Assembly: GCA_001599295.1 (NCBI GenBank)
Contig: BCGN01000003.1
Location: forward strand, 124,001 to 188,000
DNA length: 64,000 nucleotides
Direction: 5' to 3'
DNA from: Sporopachydermia quercuum
Lineage: Eukaryota
How positions within the stretch are numbered: position 1 is the stretch's first letter; each line of letters begins with the position of its first letter. The position numbers and the translations under genes are program-made. The notes under the pieces were generated by a model. The model had not been told where the DNA came from and ran no database searches. It worked only from the letters and a program-made list of their open reading frames with translations. Shown here piece by piece: positions 49,025 through 62,300 of the stretch.

Positions 49025-50333
49025 CGTGCATTATATGGCTACTTTCGCTGTGTGGTTAGAGGGAATATAGTTTTGCTGGAAGATATGGTTCCATGTTCGT
49101 TCAATGGCAACTAAAAGATAACCAGTTGGTTGAAGAAAAACTACAGTAGGATAAAAAAACTGTATGCAAAATACTGCAGTTTTATGCATAAATAGAAACA
49201 ATGCGTCCATCATGCATGTCGGGTAGACGGAGGTTAAACGCTTGCTTGTGGCTGAAAATACCAAAGAGCTTAGCAAATTCACCCATAGAACTATACATAA
49301 TGATATTCGATACTCATTTTACTAAATGATCATTATAAAGCGTCATTGTTGACTATCCGGAAGTAAACCAAAGTCTTTAATCTAAATCACGTAATCAATA
49401 CCTATCATTGGAACATTACTGGCAGATTATCTCAAGTGCACTCCTATTAAATACAACATGGTTTTACCTGGAAATTTTATACCACAGAATATCTAGGCCT
49501 CTTCAGTCAAAAACATATTGGTTATCATTTCTAATCAAACAGTTTCCTAGCATCCTTACCACAGTTTGTCCGTTCCCCTTTTTGCGCTTCATGAAATGAA
49601 CCGAAACGAGAATTGTATAAGAACCCGAGCACCTCCTATCTTAGAAATAACGTTTCCGGTTTTCTCACTGAATTGCCGAAATAAGTTTAGAGTTACCCTA
49701 ATCAATACCCGTTGTTCCTTTTTGTTCCGATTGTTGTATTTGATCAATTCTTTGTAAACATTCTTTTACAGGGGAACCGCAACCGAATATTGGTAATATA
49801 TTGGAAACGTTTTGTTTCTGTAGTTAAACCTTCATTGCATTTCACTCAATATACACATTTTCTTCTCATGTTCTTTGCTTCAGCAGCGAGCACTATACTG
49901 ATTCTTAAACTCCCTTTGGAAAATTTCTGCTTGACCGTTGAAATGTATTGACCTTTAGCTTAACTTTAATTTAAGGTTTCTCAGGGAGGTCCAATTATAA
50001 AACATTTAGAACTTTAACATTTTCTAACCAGTAATCTCTACCCTTTCTGCTATCAAGGTACCATCATAAATTCATATATAACTGGCGTAAAAGACTGCTC
50101 GAAAATAATAACATCTTACCACTTTTTCCCTCCACCTAAATTGGGAAAAAATCTCATGATTTGAACATATAATGTGTAATTAGCCAAAATAATTGCTATT
50201 GTCATCTGTTCTCCGCATTCTAAGAGCCGTCAAATCTAAGGAAATCTAGATCTATTTTTTGTTCTATTACTCAATTTTCATCTCCAATCTATTCGGTGTT
50301 CTATTGGGATTTGCGAGTTTCGGGCTTTCCATC

Positions 50334-51134
50334 ATGCCTATAACTAAAACGGTCTCTGACGTTGTAGATGCTCAACATCACCATTACCATCAAATATCAA
50401 ACACATCACCAAACCAAGANGCACTCAATCATTTCAAAAATCTGGAATCTCAACTATCAGTTCATGACAAGCAAAATGTTTCTAAAGCTGTAAACCAAGC
50501 TTACCAAGCACAATGTTTTCTAGGTGTTGGGGCATTCACTGGAGCTTTGTTGTTCGGCTTTTGGAGAAGGAGTTCAATTGCTCAGTTCTTTCTCCATAAA
50601 GTACCATATTTCCGCGATCAAGATAGATTAAGTGGATTTATTGTTCCTGCTACTTGCGGTTTGCTGAGCAGCGCTTGGATGATAAGTACAACGACTATGA
50701 ATAGATCAATGCTGTATGACCAGCTTTCTAGCAATCATACGCTATCGCCCCACGCAAGAGAATACGTCAAGGAGTTCAAAGGCTACTCTTTGTTCCATGC
50801 TGCCAGATATATGAATGTCATCGGTAAACAACCAGAATTGAGTATTTCTGCATATAAATCAGCTGGAGCGGCTTCAGTTTCTATTCTATCTATTGACCGA
50901 CATTTAGCTGAGAATGATATCAGGGAAAGGTCGGAGCACAGTGTAGTTGATCGGTTACAAATTGGAGATGCTGGAGTGAAATCTTTCATTGTCGTTGGAA
51001 AACATGTGTATGAAGATTTGGTTGGTTACTTTGACAGCGAGAAAATGCAAGAAAAAAACCTTTCTGTACATAGCAAGTACGTTTCTGAGAATTTAGTAAA
51101 GAGCTCTGCTTGGGATAAAGTACGAAACAGGTAG
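50334..51134 (+). CDS. Divergent DUF1689/Rci37-like membrane protein
   Basis: First ATG at 50334; ALNHFKNLESQLSVHDKQNVS, two TM segments, RYMNVIGKQPEL, C-terminal SAWDKVR. Confidence 0.6.
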   Translation: MPITKTVSDVVDAQHHHYHQISNTSPNQXALNHFKNLESQLSVHDKQNVSKAVNQAYQAQCFLGVGAFTGALLFGFWRRSSIAQFFLHKVPYFRDQDRLSGFIVPATCGLLSSAWMISTTTMNRSMLYDQLSSNHTLSPHAREYVKEFKGYSLFHAARYMNVIGKQPELSISAYKSAGAASVSILSIDRHLAENDIRERSEHSVVDRLQIGDAGVKSFIVVGKHVYEDLVGYFDSEKMQEKNLSVHSKYVSENLVKSSAWDKVRNR

Positions 51135-52207
51135 AGTTATGCGAAAAGGATATGAGGTCTGATGGTGTTATGCTGTTGTATTTTTAGAGAAAGAATATTC
51201 ATTCAATGGAGAGGTTATTACTTGTAAATAGAATGTTAAGATTAAAAGGGTCAGATGATTGTTTAAGGGTAGGCTAGGTAGGAACCGTTATTCTGGAGGT
51301 CGTTTAGTTATACTTTGACTAGATATAAGGAATGAATAATGGAAATAAACGTTTTAATATAATGATTATTGATTATAGAAATAGTAGGATTTAGCAGTAT
51401 ATCAGGCTTTTTTGGTGAAAAGTGAGCTGTATCTTATGAGAAACAGCTGCTTCAGCAAAATGATATTAACACCAGTGACACTAGGATATAGAATGATGAA
51501 CGGGAATCTACGACTACAACAACATAGTTTACTCGTAAGTTCTCCCAGAAGAACTGAATCTGATGCATAGTTCAACTCTTTTTTAATTTTCTTTTCTTCC
51601 TTTCTTAAAACTCATCCATTTTAAGAATTTCTACATAATAATTAAGAAATTGATTGCATACTTTTGACTGAACTGCTATAAGCTAAACTCCAAATCGGGT
51701 AAAGTTTTAATAATTATAAAACTTAAATATTATTTTTCAACTTTAACCTTATTTATCTTCCTTGACAATGCACTAGAAAAGTAGTTGACTGCTTTATCAT
51801 AGAATTAACAACGGATTTACTTAGTAAAATAAATGGAAACCAATCAAATACACATTAAACACTTGTTGCAATTGTTTTGTTTAATTGTATTTGTTAGCTC
51901 ACTGTAGTCCTTTATTGACCTATGCTAATTATTCGGCTAATCCTCTTTGTATATCTTCTCATTTTTCTAACTGAATTATCATACAAATTTGAGCTTCTAA
52001 CAAAATTATAACTAGGTTCTAAGTATTTTGGCAAAAGAATATAAACATAAGATATAAATATATAAATCTATAGTAATAATTTGTATAATCAACAAATAAA
52101 CGAATCAAACAACATCAAACAGCGAAAATATCAACGATTGTTACTCAGTTCAACTGACGTATACAACAATACTTCAATGACCATGGTCATACTGAAACGC
52201 ATCCTTG

Positions 52208-53176
52208 TTATAAAACAGATAATAATACAGCATTGATTTCTTCACTGATTTGAGTATTAGCAGTATAATCAATAGTGAATGGACTCAAAGAAGTTTCACA
52301 ATCTCCATTATTTGAAGTGAAGGCTTCTCCTGGTAAGCTGCAAACACCGTTGTAGCAAACAGCTAAGGCATCTGTATGTTTACTACTTGCAGTGAAAAGA
52401 CCTGTAGTTTCATTATAAAGAAGTGTAAGAGTATAAGAATCAGGTCCTGTAATTCTAGTTAAAACATTCTTTGGATCAGTACAACCAGTAGTAGATTGAT
52501 CACCAACGGCAGGGAAGTTAACATTTATACCAGCTCCAACAGGTAAAACAATGTTATCACCAGCCTTTTCAAACAAACCGTTAACAATTTCAACAATCTT
52601 CTTGGCATAAATGTTTGATGGATTAAGAGGATCATCGTTGAGAGAATCAACATAATAAGAATCGTTGCTATTGGTACCTGAAAAAGCAATAGCTGGTAGT
52701 CCTCTTCCAATTGCAAAATAGGTTGCTCCTATAGTTCCAGAAATAGTATAAAGTGCAGGACCATTATTTTGACCTTCATTAGGACCAGAAACAACTAAAT
52801 CAATAGTCATGTTATTGAAAAACTTGGGAATAACATAATCGAGACCAAAGGAAACGCAGGACGCGGGAGTTCCATTGAAATACCAAATATGATTATCATC
52901 ATCATCATAACCCCAAGAAGGAGCACCAGCTTCTACTGAACCAAATTGACCAGGATATTGCAAGGTAGGGGAGGAAGGAATTTGGAATTGACCCCCATAA
53001 CCAGATCTCTGGCTAACTGGTGAAACTAGTACAACATTATGACCAGCAGCAGTTAAGTCTCTGTAGGTGGCTCTAACGTTAGTAGCAGCCCAGCCATCGT
53101 CATTTGACAAAAGAATGTTCTTGGCAAAAGCAGCGGAGATCAATCCGCCTAAAGATAAAACTGTAGAGAATTTCAT
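52208..53176 (-). CDS. Secreted SurE-family acid phosphatase/nucleotidase
   Basis: Signal peptide MKFSTVLSLGGLISAAFA; ILLSNDDG, QRSGYG, GTPASCV, SGPNEG, SGTIGAT, NVNFP. Confidence 0.93.
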   Translation of the reverse strand: MKFSTVLSLGGLISAAFAKNILLSNDDGWAATNVRATYRDLTAAGHNVVLVSPVSQRSGYGGQFQIPSSPTLQYPGQFGSVEAGAPSWGYDDDDNHIWYFNGTPASCVSFGLDYVIPKFFNNMTIDLVVSGPNEGQNNGPALYTISGTIGATYFAIGRGLPAIAFSGTNSNDSYYVDSLNDDPLNPSNIYAKKIVEIVNGLFEKAGDNIVLPVGAGINVNFPAVGDQSTTGCTDPKNVLTRITGPDSYTLTLLYNETTGLFTASSKHTDALAVCYNGVCSLPGEAFTSNNGDCETSLSPFTIDYTANTQISEEINAVLLSVL

Positions 53177-56100
53177 TGTTGTTATATAAGATAATATTGA
53201 AATGTTATTAGCTAAGCTTTTACAACGTTAATAGATGAATTGCTAGATGAACTGTGATCTATATTCCCGTTGTATAACGTACACTATTGCTAAAGCTTCA
53301 ATTGACATTTCCAAAGAATGAACAGGGATCTCCAAGCTTATTTATATACATTTTATCTCAATTGCTCTGGCCATGGTTTTGTAAGCACATTTCAAGATAT
53401 TCAATAGAGTGAATTTTGGATTACTTTAAGGTCTACCACACTATTAACTTTAACACTAATTTTACCATTTTATTTTCACTCCTGGGGGCATCTAAGCAAA
53501 TTTCCGAAGCTGCAGAAAGCTATTATTCGGTAAAATTCAAGAACCTATTCTCAATTAGGCCAATTAGCTAATTGTACCGATTGTTAATTTGACAGATGCA
53601 ATAAAATATGAGCATATAAATTCATCTTCTTGTAAAGAGGTTCCAAAATTAGAGTTAATTGCACATAAAAGCTTTTTTTGGAAGAACTTGTGGGAGTTNA
53701 GGTTGAAATTGTTCCTAGTTTTGAAAGAAAATTTGAAAGGAAATAACATTTAGCACGTTTTAAGGGTATGGCTGATGGAAAGAGATTGATTGGATTGAAA
53801 ACGACAGGAATTGTTAGATTTTGGCTTAGGAATGAAGAGTAGAAGAGATCATTTGGGAAGATGATACTCGAAAGAAAAAGGCCAATTATTAAGAGTAAAT
53901 GAGTATTTGATGACTACCAGATATTTGGCATTGATTTTGTGTTGATCACTATGTATCGTTCAGTGAGAATAAATCAATTTAATAATGCTACTGCAGAAGG
54001 CAGTAAGTGAAAAATTGCAGAATTCGAGTAAGCTTTTAAACAAGCTTTTCTTTTTCAAGGTAACGGAAGTTTAAGTTTATTTCAATCTTAGCAGTCAGTT
54101 GAAGCTTTTTCTTAGTGGTTTCGAATATATGTGCGAAACTTTATTTCCCCTTAGTTATCTGTTTACAGAGGGTAAAATGAATAAGGTTGCAAAATTTGGT
54201 TTAGAAGTAAACCCTACTTAAATATCTGTAAACTTTAATTGCTTGATTGTTCCTGCTTTCATTCAAGTAAGAGTAAAGGACTACTATTCATTCAATAAGT
54301 GGGAAATCTCCATTTCAANGGAGAAATATAACTGAATTTACTATATAGTATGTTTACTTTGAATTCTTCCATTCAAAGTTCCGTCAATAGTGAATTAACA
54401 TTCCATCAACTTAATTACATTCAAATGAGAATGGACATCCACAAAAAAATAGGTCCACCCCACCAGATAGCGCTCAAATTACAGTACTATTAAGCTATAA
54501 TAAATCCAGGCCTCTATATAGTTTGTATCTTTCTCAATTGTCGAAAAGTGTCCCTGTAGCTCTAAGTTCGGGTTGAGCTTCTCGTTTTTTTCTTCTATAC
54601 TTTCTTTGTCTAAGGCACGTGTGCCCCTGCTTGTCCCTTTATTTCTGCTAATTGAGATGAATCTAACCATCTCATAAGTGACACAGGTGTTTGAGAACCA
54701 TAACTATATCTATAGCATGGAATATATTAACAGATACAATATTATCTGTTGAATGAAGTTCTCCTCCGACTTTTGTAAGAATTTACTGCATACTAAAATT
54801 CTTTTTCTTTCACTTCTAAGTAATTGATTCATTCTTTCATGGCGATAGAGACATACATAGCCATATAAAATTAGCCAACAATAGCAAAATCACGAAATTA
54901 GCCAAAATAAGCTTTTGTGACCATTCATTACGGACAATCTCAACTTTTGTGTCCTGTTTGTCATGAGAACTGTCCGAGTGGAATGAATAAAATGGTGAGG
55001 AGTAAGAAAGCAGATGTTAACAAAAAGAGTAAATATGCTTACTTATTATCCCTGCAAGGAGAAAAGGATAGTTTTGTCGCGAGTATTAGAAGTTATTATG
55101 CTCCGGAACTATATATATATATATATATNTTTTCGTTTCTAAACAAGAAGAATCCCACTCATGTTTGAAGTCCAGTTTGTATTGACCTTGGTAATAGCAA
55201 GAATTCGGAAGGTGAAGGCTTGTCTAGATATAGATATTTATTGTGCTTGTCATGGGTTCTGGAATTGATATGACAAATTCTTATGCAGTCAGACACAATG
55301 AAATTCAGTGGATGAATTGCTTCTCACTGAATCTTTTTTTGCTAATAATGAATTATATTCTATATTCTCTGAATGGTTGATATTTTTTCTAGTTCTATGT
55401 TCCATAAGACAGAAATTGAATTACTTCGCTATCAACATCATTCCACGAATTATGCGAAAAGTATTTGGCAGGCAATGGGTAGAAGGAACTATCAAGTTTC
55501 ATGTCTGGGGGTGATTTGTTAGATGAATTTGGTACAGTGATGGAGATTAACCCAACTACTTGTCTCGTCGATGGAAAGTAAATTTAGATTTTGAAAAAGC
55601 AATTTTTTCAGCATTTATCTGTGAAATGAAAAACAAGAAAAAGAATTTATGTTCACCTTTGGCAGTATACTACGGGGTTACTTAATGTGAATCTCTTTCA
55701 AGGAAATTAGCTGAAAGAAAGTAGTGAATTGTTCCTTGAGAGCCATTGTAATAACCCTGTAAATAACACAACCCCACAGTAGATATAGTAGACATTTTCC
55801 CGATTTGGAGTTCTACCTGAGTCTGTGAACAATTACATTGCAGTGTCATGACAGACTTCTGACATCCAACCTATTTCAACTTTTTATTATCCAAGCCAGC
55901 AATCAGATGGGAGATGGAAGATCTGTATCTAATGCTGAATAAATTTGGTCGAAGATAGTAAAAAGTCTTAACTAGTTCTTTGGCTTTGTAGCCACATTAT
56001 AAAACATTAAATTCATTTTAACTATTTAATCTCAAGTTTTCATCTATTGTTTAGATTTCATGACTTATCTATCTCTTCTCACCTTGCAGTATGTTTTACG

Positions 56101-56448
56101 TCATGTCTCTGCTCTGACAATATCCCATGTCACGCTGTTCCCAAGCATTCGTACATCTGACACGATTAACGTACTGCGTGGCTATTAAAACCAACTCGAT
56201 GACACCTTGGTTAATCATTTCATCAAGAGAAATATGAAGATGAACCGCCGGTAAGCTTCCTTGTTTAAGCAGTAAATAGCAAACAGCAACACTAAAATCT
56301 CCAATCTCAAAGCTCAATCGCACTCTGTTGATAGTAATTCATCNATTTGACCTCACAATTGCCTGAGTAAGAAATAGCTAATAGGTTAGACTCAATTCAC
56401 CAAGCTCCCATTTTGTACAAGCGATTCCCAGTTCGACTTATTTCAATT

Positions 56449-58652
56449 ATGCAATCACCAAGGAAGCATCTTAAAACTCAAAGCACTTTCGTATGTTGAT
56501 TTGTTGATTAAGAAGGATATGAGCGTTTCTTGTTACTTTGGTACTCGGTGGAATACGTGTTGATGGTCAGAACGCTTTCCAGGTTATAGATTGTGNAATC
56601 TAAATGGATCATTGAGTTCAGCGTTAAAACATCATTCATGTTCATTCTTGCACTTATGGTATAGCTTATGTGATGGTTATTTGTTTTTATCTTGTATCTT
56701 CAACATCTTTGATTCTTATTGTCGTGCCGGTAAAAATATCTTGCGTGGTATAACTACATGCTTGGATTTTTGTGGTTCTCTCGACATGTTTGTAATTCGA
56801 TGATTTTGTTATTAATCGCAAACACCATCTCTTAGTCTTTAACGAACGTGTTTGTATCATCACAAATATGGGTTACAGTATTTAATGATCATTTTCATNA
56901 ATCTACATTGTCTTCCATGCTTTCTATTCATCTGCCTTCACCATCCTGCATTTGCTGCTCTCGGTCAGCTTGATTGTGAATGTCTATCTCTACAATATAC
57001 TATATTCTTAAGAGCTATTGTGTTTGCTCTATTGGTTTTGCTAAAATGAGCATATTCACTGAAACTATTGATTTTACGGTCGAACTTAAACCCCAGCTTT
57101 CTTTCCAACAGACACATGTTAAGCAACACTTCTCATCTCCTTTATGAATTTGACTAATACAAGCTTACTAACATATCGAATCATTTAGGCTTTTGAAACT
57201 ACCACTACTAATGTGGCAGCAGCTCAAATGAGGAATGCTTTAAACAAACTGGCNGAAACTGTTCCTGAGCCAGGTTTAAAGAAGTACTTTGAAGAAGAAA
57301 CCGATAACTTTTTTGCCTTATTCAGAAGATATTTGACCGACAAAGCGTCAGGAGAATCGTTGGACTGGGATAGAATTCAACCCCCAAATCCTGATCAGGT
57401 TGTTGATTATAGAAGCATTGACCAAGTTAGTGGTGACATTGGTGCCGAATTCCTGTCTAAGCTCGCTGTTTTGAAGCTTAATGGTGGTTTAGGTACCTCT
57501 ATGGGATGTGTTGGGCCTAAGTCTATCATTGAAGTTAGAGATGGTAACACCTTCTTGGATTTATCTGTTCGACAAATCGAACATTTGAATCAACAGTACA
57601 ACGTCAATGTTCCTTTCATCCTTATGAACTCTTTCAATACTGATGAGGATACACAAAGCATCATCAAGAAGTACGAAGGGCATAAAGTGAATATCATCAC
57701 CTTCAACCAATCCAGATTCCCAAGAGTGTTTAAAGATTCATTGTTACCTGTACCCAAGTCCTACAGTGACGCAATTGATTCTTGGTATCCTCCTGGACAT
57801 GGTGATTTGTTTGAGGCTATCACTAGATCTGGTGTCTTGGATAAATTGATTGCTGAAGGTAAAGAGATTTTATTTGTTTCCAACGTTGATAACTTGGGAG
57901 CTGTTGTTGATTTATCCATTTTGTCTCATATGGTTAAAACTAGTTCAGAGTACATTATGGAATTGACTGATAAAACTAGAGCTGATGTTAAGGGAGGTAC
58001 TATTATTGATTACGATGGTAAAGTTCGTTTACTAGAAATCGCCCAGGTTCCAAAGGAACATACTGAAGATTTCAAGAGTATTAAGAAGTTCAAATATTTC
58101 AATACCAATAATTTATGGATCAACCTTAAGGCTATCAAAAGAGTTGTTGAAAACAACGAGTTGGAAATGGAAATCATTCCTAATGTCAAGTCAATCTCTG
58201 TTGGTAACAACGATGTGTCAGTTTTACAATTAGAAACTGCTGTTGGTGCTGCTATCAGATATTTCAAAGGTTGTCATGGTGTCAACGTGCCAAGATCAAG
58301 ATTTTTACCGGTTAAAACATCATCTGATTTGTTACTAGTTAAATCTGATCTTTATTCTTTGACACATGGTTGTTTAGCTCTTGATCCTTCAAGATACGGT
58401 CCTGCTCCTTTAGTCAAACTGGGATCTCATTTCAAGAAGGTTTCTGACTTCCAATCAAGAATCCCTCATATGCCTAAGATCATTGAATTAGACCATTTGA
58501 CCATTACTGGTAATGTTAATTTGGGTAAAGGCGTTCAATTAAAAGGAACTGTTATTATTGTTTGCTCCGATGGTTCTAAAATTGACATTCCTAATGGAAG
58601 TATCTTAGAAAATGTTGTCATTACTGGAAGCTTATCCATTTTGGAACATTAA
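56449..58652 (+). CDS. UGP1: UTP-glucose-1-phosphate uridylyltransferase, 2 exons
   Basis: Exon 1 56449-56490 ([14 protein letters not shown]); intron 56491-57188 (GTATGT..TACTAAC..TAG); exon 2 from 57189 ([18 protein letters not shown]...); [26 protein letters not shown]. Confidence 0.97.
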
Positions 58653-60407
58653 TCTCCTTACTTCATATACTTTAAGTAGAATTGAAATTTGCTTATTGTT
58701 ATTTAAATCAGTTTCAATATTAATTTTATTAATTCTATTTATTGTTCTTGTCACGTGATCGACTAATGTTTAGGGTTCATGTACACTGGGCCGAACCTTA
58801 ACCTTGTGTCACAACTCGTTATCCTTTTCTGGTTTACATGACATCCGGATCAATTTCAAACGCGGAAAATTTCCTTGTATGACGCACTTACTATCTTGCT
58901 TATTTTGAATCAAGAGTAGGAGAAGCTATGATCTTGTGTTTATTTCATTGTCAGTTGTAGATGGAGGAAATGAATGCAAGATTTCTGGAATTGTTTATAT
59001 ATAAACATGTACATTTCTATGATACAGATGTGCACTTCAGCTAAAAGCACTAAGCTTCCTGCTTTTGTAGAAACAAGAATTGACTTGTTAGGTGGATATT
59101 GGAATCGTTTTAAGGGTTGGGTTAATTTCAGATTTGTAGTTAATGGGTGATGTTGTATTATTATTGTAGTTCCCTTAGATGTTCTAACATACTTTTTCTG
59201 TCTCCTTTGCCAGCCAATCAACGTCTTTCTTCATCGTTTATACGTCCGCCGAACATCAGTCTAACAAATACCCAATTGTTTCTTTTAACTTGATTTAAGG
59301 AAGTAAGGCTGAATAGTGAGAAGAGTTCCATATCCTTCAAAAAAGGAAAACCAATGTGCAGCATTGAAGCACTTGTGAGGCCGCACCTACAACTTGAATA
59401 GATGCATACAAATAATAACAATGATTCGTCTATCCATCAATGGATTCAAATTAAATATTTTCTGATAATGAAGAAACATATTTTGAGTTGTTTGCCGGTA
59501 ATACATACATACCATGAAGTAGGTAAGAGGAATATGGCATTATCTATGCATTATTATTCATTGTTATGCATGGTTATGTCTGATTATGTATCCACTGGTG
59601 AATATTCACGAAGAAGTATAAAAGAATGTAAGTGAATATCATGAGGAATGAAGTCTATTGAAAAACTGGTAATAGATTGTAAATTAAAAGTATTAATTAT
59701 TTTGATATTCCATCTAATGTCCAAACAAAGGTACGAGAAATAGAGTAAATGCTTGGGTCAAACGTTGGCTATTAGTATGAAACTAATGCAACAAAATGTT
59801 CTATGCAGATTCTTGGAATTGAAATCAAATTCAGTTCTACTTTTTAGAATCACACCATCTTCAGTGAAGAACTATGAACAAGTATACATGCATAAAAGTT
59901 CCAAATCATGATTTATACTCACCATATTTATTTACATATATTGAAGTTTGTTTTGAGAGATCTCATTTTAAAAAGCACGACGTATGGTGCTACAAAAGAT
60001 TCTATAAAGCCCCCTTACTCTTAAAATTTTGGTAGCAATCTTATCTGCATAAGCTTGCATGAAGTTCTATTCAATTGCATTCTTTGTAAGAGACAGCCTT
60101 TTAATATGCAACTGTTACTACACTATGAATACCGCTAATAACCTACCTATAGGAACTGAATTCAACTGAACATCACCAAAAGCCAGATTAGTTTGCACAT
60201 ACCATTTTTTTCTTGCAATGCCTTAACTTCTCATTTGTTTTCAGAACTTAATCTCAGCTATCTCATAAATTATGCACTCCCATGCACTTTTCTGCGTCTT
60301 TCTATCTCCACCTTAATTTAACTTTGAAACTTATGAGACCATTCCCAAACCTTATCCTTTAGCAAGAACCTTAACCTAATACACTTTTCTCTCAAGAACC
60401 TTCTTAC

Positions 60408-60870
60408 GTTAGTCTTCTTCTTCTTNTTCATCTTTAATACTCAATTCTTCTTCATTGATTATCATTGGTTATTTTGCCTATTTATTATTATAATTCAAAA
60501 CTTCTTGAGTATTTTCTTATCCCTGACTTCCACTAACAAACTCAACCAGCTAGTTACTCGTATGTATTTCTTTGTTCTGCTTATTCTAGTGTGTTGTATG
60601 ATGTTAATAGCAAGCCCAAAAGTCCAATTGATTGATACAATGAACGGTATTGTTCGATAATTGAGTAATTCTTGGTTCAACAGCAAAGAATTACGATGTT
60701 TAGTAGATTCTGGTCGATAGACACCAATTTAAATGGCCGAATTTGACTCCTGTTGTTTCCATCGTTCTTTGCTTCTGATTCTTATCTTCATTTTCACATG
60801 GCATTCAAATCTACAAGCAAACAACCTGTCAAGCTATTTTTACTCCTACTAACTTTCTGCAACAAAGCAG
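60408..60870 (+). other. Two consecutive predicted introns flanking a 10-nt microexon, apparently non-coding
   Basis: GTTAGT 60408; CACTAAC 60531; CAG 60549; exon 60550-60559; GTATGT 60560; TACTAAC 60847; AAG/CAG 60867/60870. Confidence 0.55.
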
Positions 60871-62300
60871 CCTAAGATTCCATATAATTCTATATATTAG
60901 AAGCATTTCAACAAACTTTATATTCCATTCAAATACCTAGACTCAAAACTGTGTATGATTAGAATACCGAGCATACATATACATTGTACAGGATTTAATT
61001 CTGCAACATTGACACTAGTGGACAACATATCATAAAGACAGATAGACAGCGAATACACCCGTGATCAACAGAATAGAAAATTGGTCCTAGACATTATCAA
61101 ATATATAAATCTCGACAATTGGCTTGCCACAAGCAATGAGTAATAAACCCGGGTTGCCTGATTGCTGTAAGGTTAGGATCATCGATTCGGTATTGGGGAT
61201 ATGGGAGAGGATAGAGAAGATAGTGGAAACTATTTGAGACAAGTTTACAAAGAATTGATACTTTTCTGGGAAAAGGAGAGAAAAGAAGGAGAAGATAGGA
61301 AAAATATAGGAAACTATTTTGACACATCTATTGATTGACTGATAATTAAAGAGAAATCCGATAAAATAAGCATTGATAAGGATTAGTAAGGGTTTGCACT
61401 TCGACTAAATTCTGATTCATTTAATCGAATTAGTTTGAAATATATTGAATATATAAAGGTTGAAGTGTCTCAGATTTACATTGCGGGGCTTCTTATTGAA
61501 GTGATAAAAAGGAAGAAGTGTTGGATTGTAGTTATTTAGGCAGAACATCAAGAGAGCCAAAAATTGTTGATAGTGTTCATGAAGAAGGATATTACTATCG
61601 AGAAGAGGTGAANCCTGTGTTTTAAAGGAACTATTTAAAGTTTATTTTTTCTGCGGAGTTTATTATAGAGAAGCATTATCCAGCAAGAGCACTATTTCCA
61701 TTGGTCAAAACCCCCGAACTACTACTCCTCATTGTCATAGTAAGAATAGTACTTTCAAACAGCCCAACTATTTTATTCNATACGTCATCAACAGTGCCAA
61801 CCATAGAACGTCAGCTATTTAAGCGATTATTGTTGTTTGACTGTATTATATTTGACTCGCACTATAAACCAGTTGTCTATTCCTTAGAAACAGCTTATTG
61901 GCTCTCAACAATCATAAAGGCTCTTCCTGTGAAAAGCAAAACGAGTTGCGAGGAGAAAACTACAAACTGTTGCTATCAACTTCAATCAGACATAACTACA
62001 GCTGCCTTATCAATTGCTATCACAGTATTTGTTACCGAGTATTTTAGCATTGTAAAGGCAAAATCGTTCGAACTGTTGGGCTTTTTTATTGTCAATGCTA
62101 TCATATTGGACATATTCAAGACAACAATACTATTACACAACAACAAACTAGTACAGTTTACCCATTATTTCCTGCAATTTTATTACTATCTTTTTACCTA
62201 TCAAGCATCACGCATATCTACTATCTATCCATCAACCATATTAATGTATTAACTTGACTACCCAAGAATAGAACATTTCCAACACATTTCAACAATCAAA

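Noticed and set aside
57240..57470. Alternative CUG decoding (Ser or Ala clades)
   Set aside because: CTG falls at conserved Leu positions in UGP1 (NKL, FLSKL), supporting the standard code
59020..59400. Possible small spliced gene on either strand (MKKDVDWLAKETEK followed by GTATGT on the minus strand; CTAAC..CAG on the plus strand)
   Set aside because: No consistent exon pairing gives a recognisable or substantial protein
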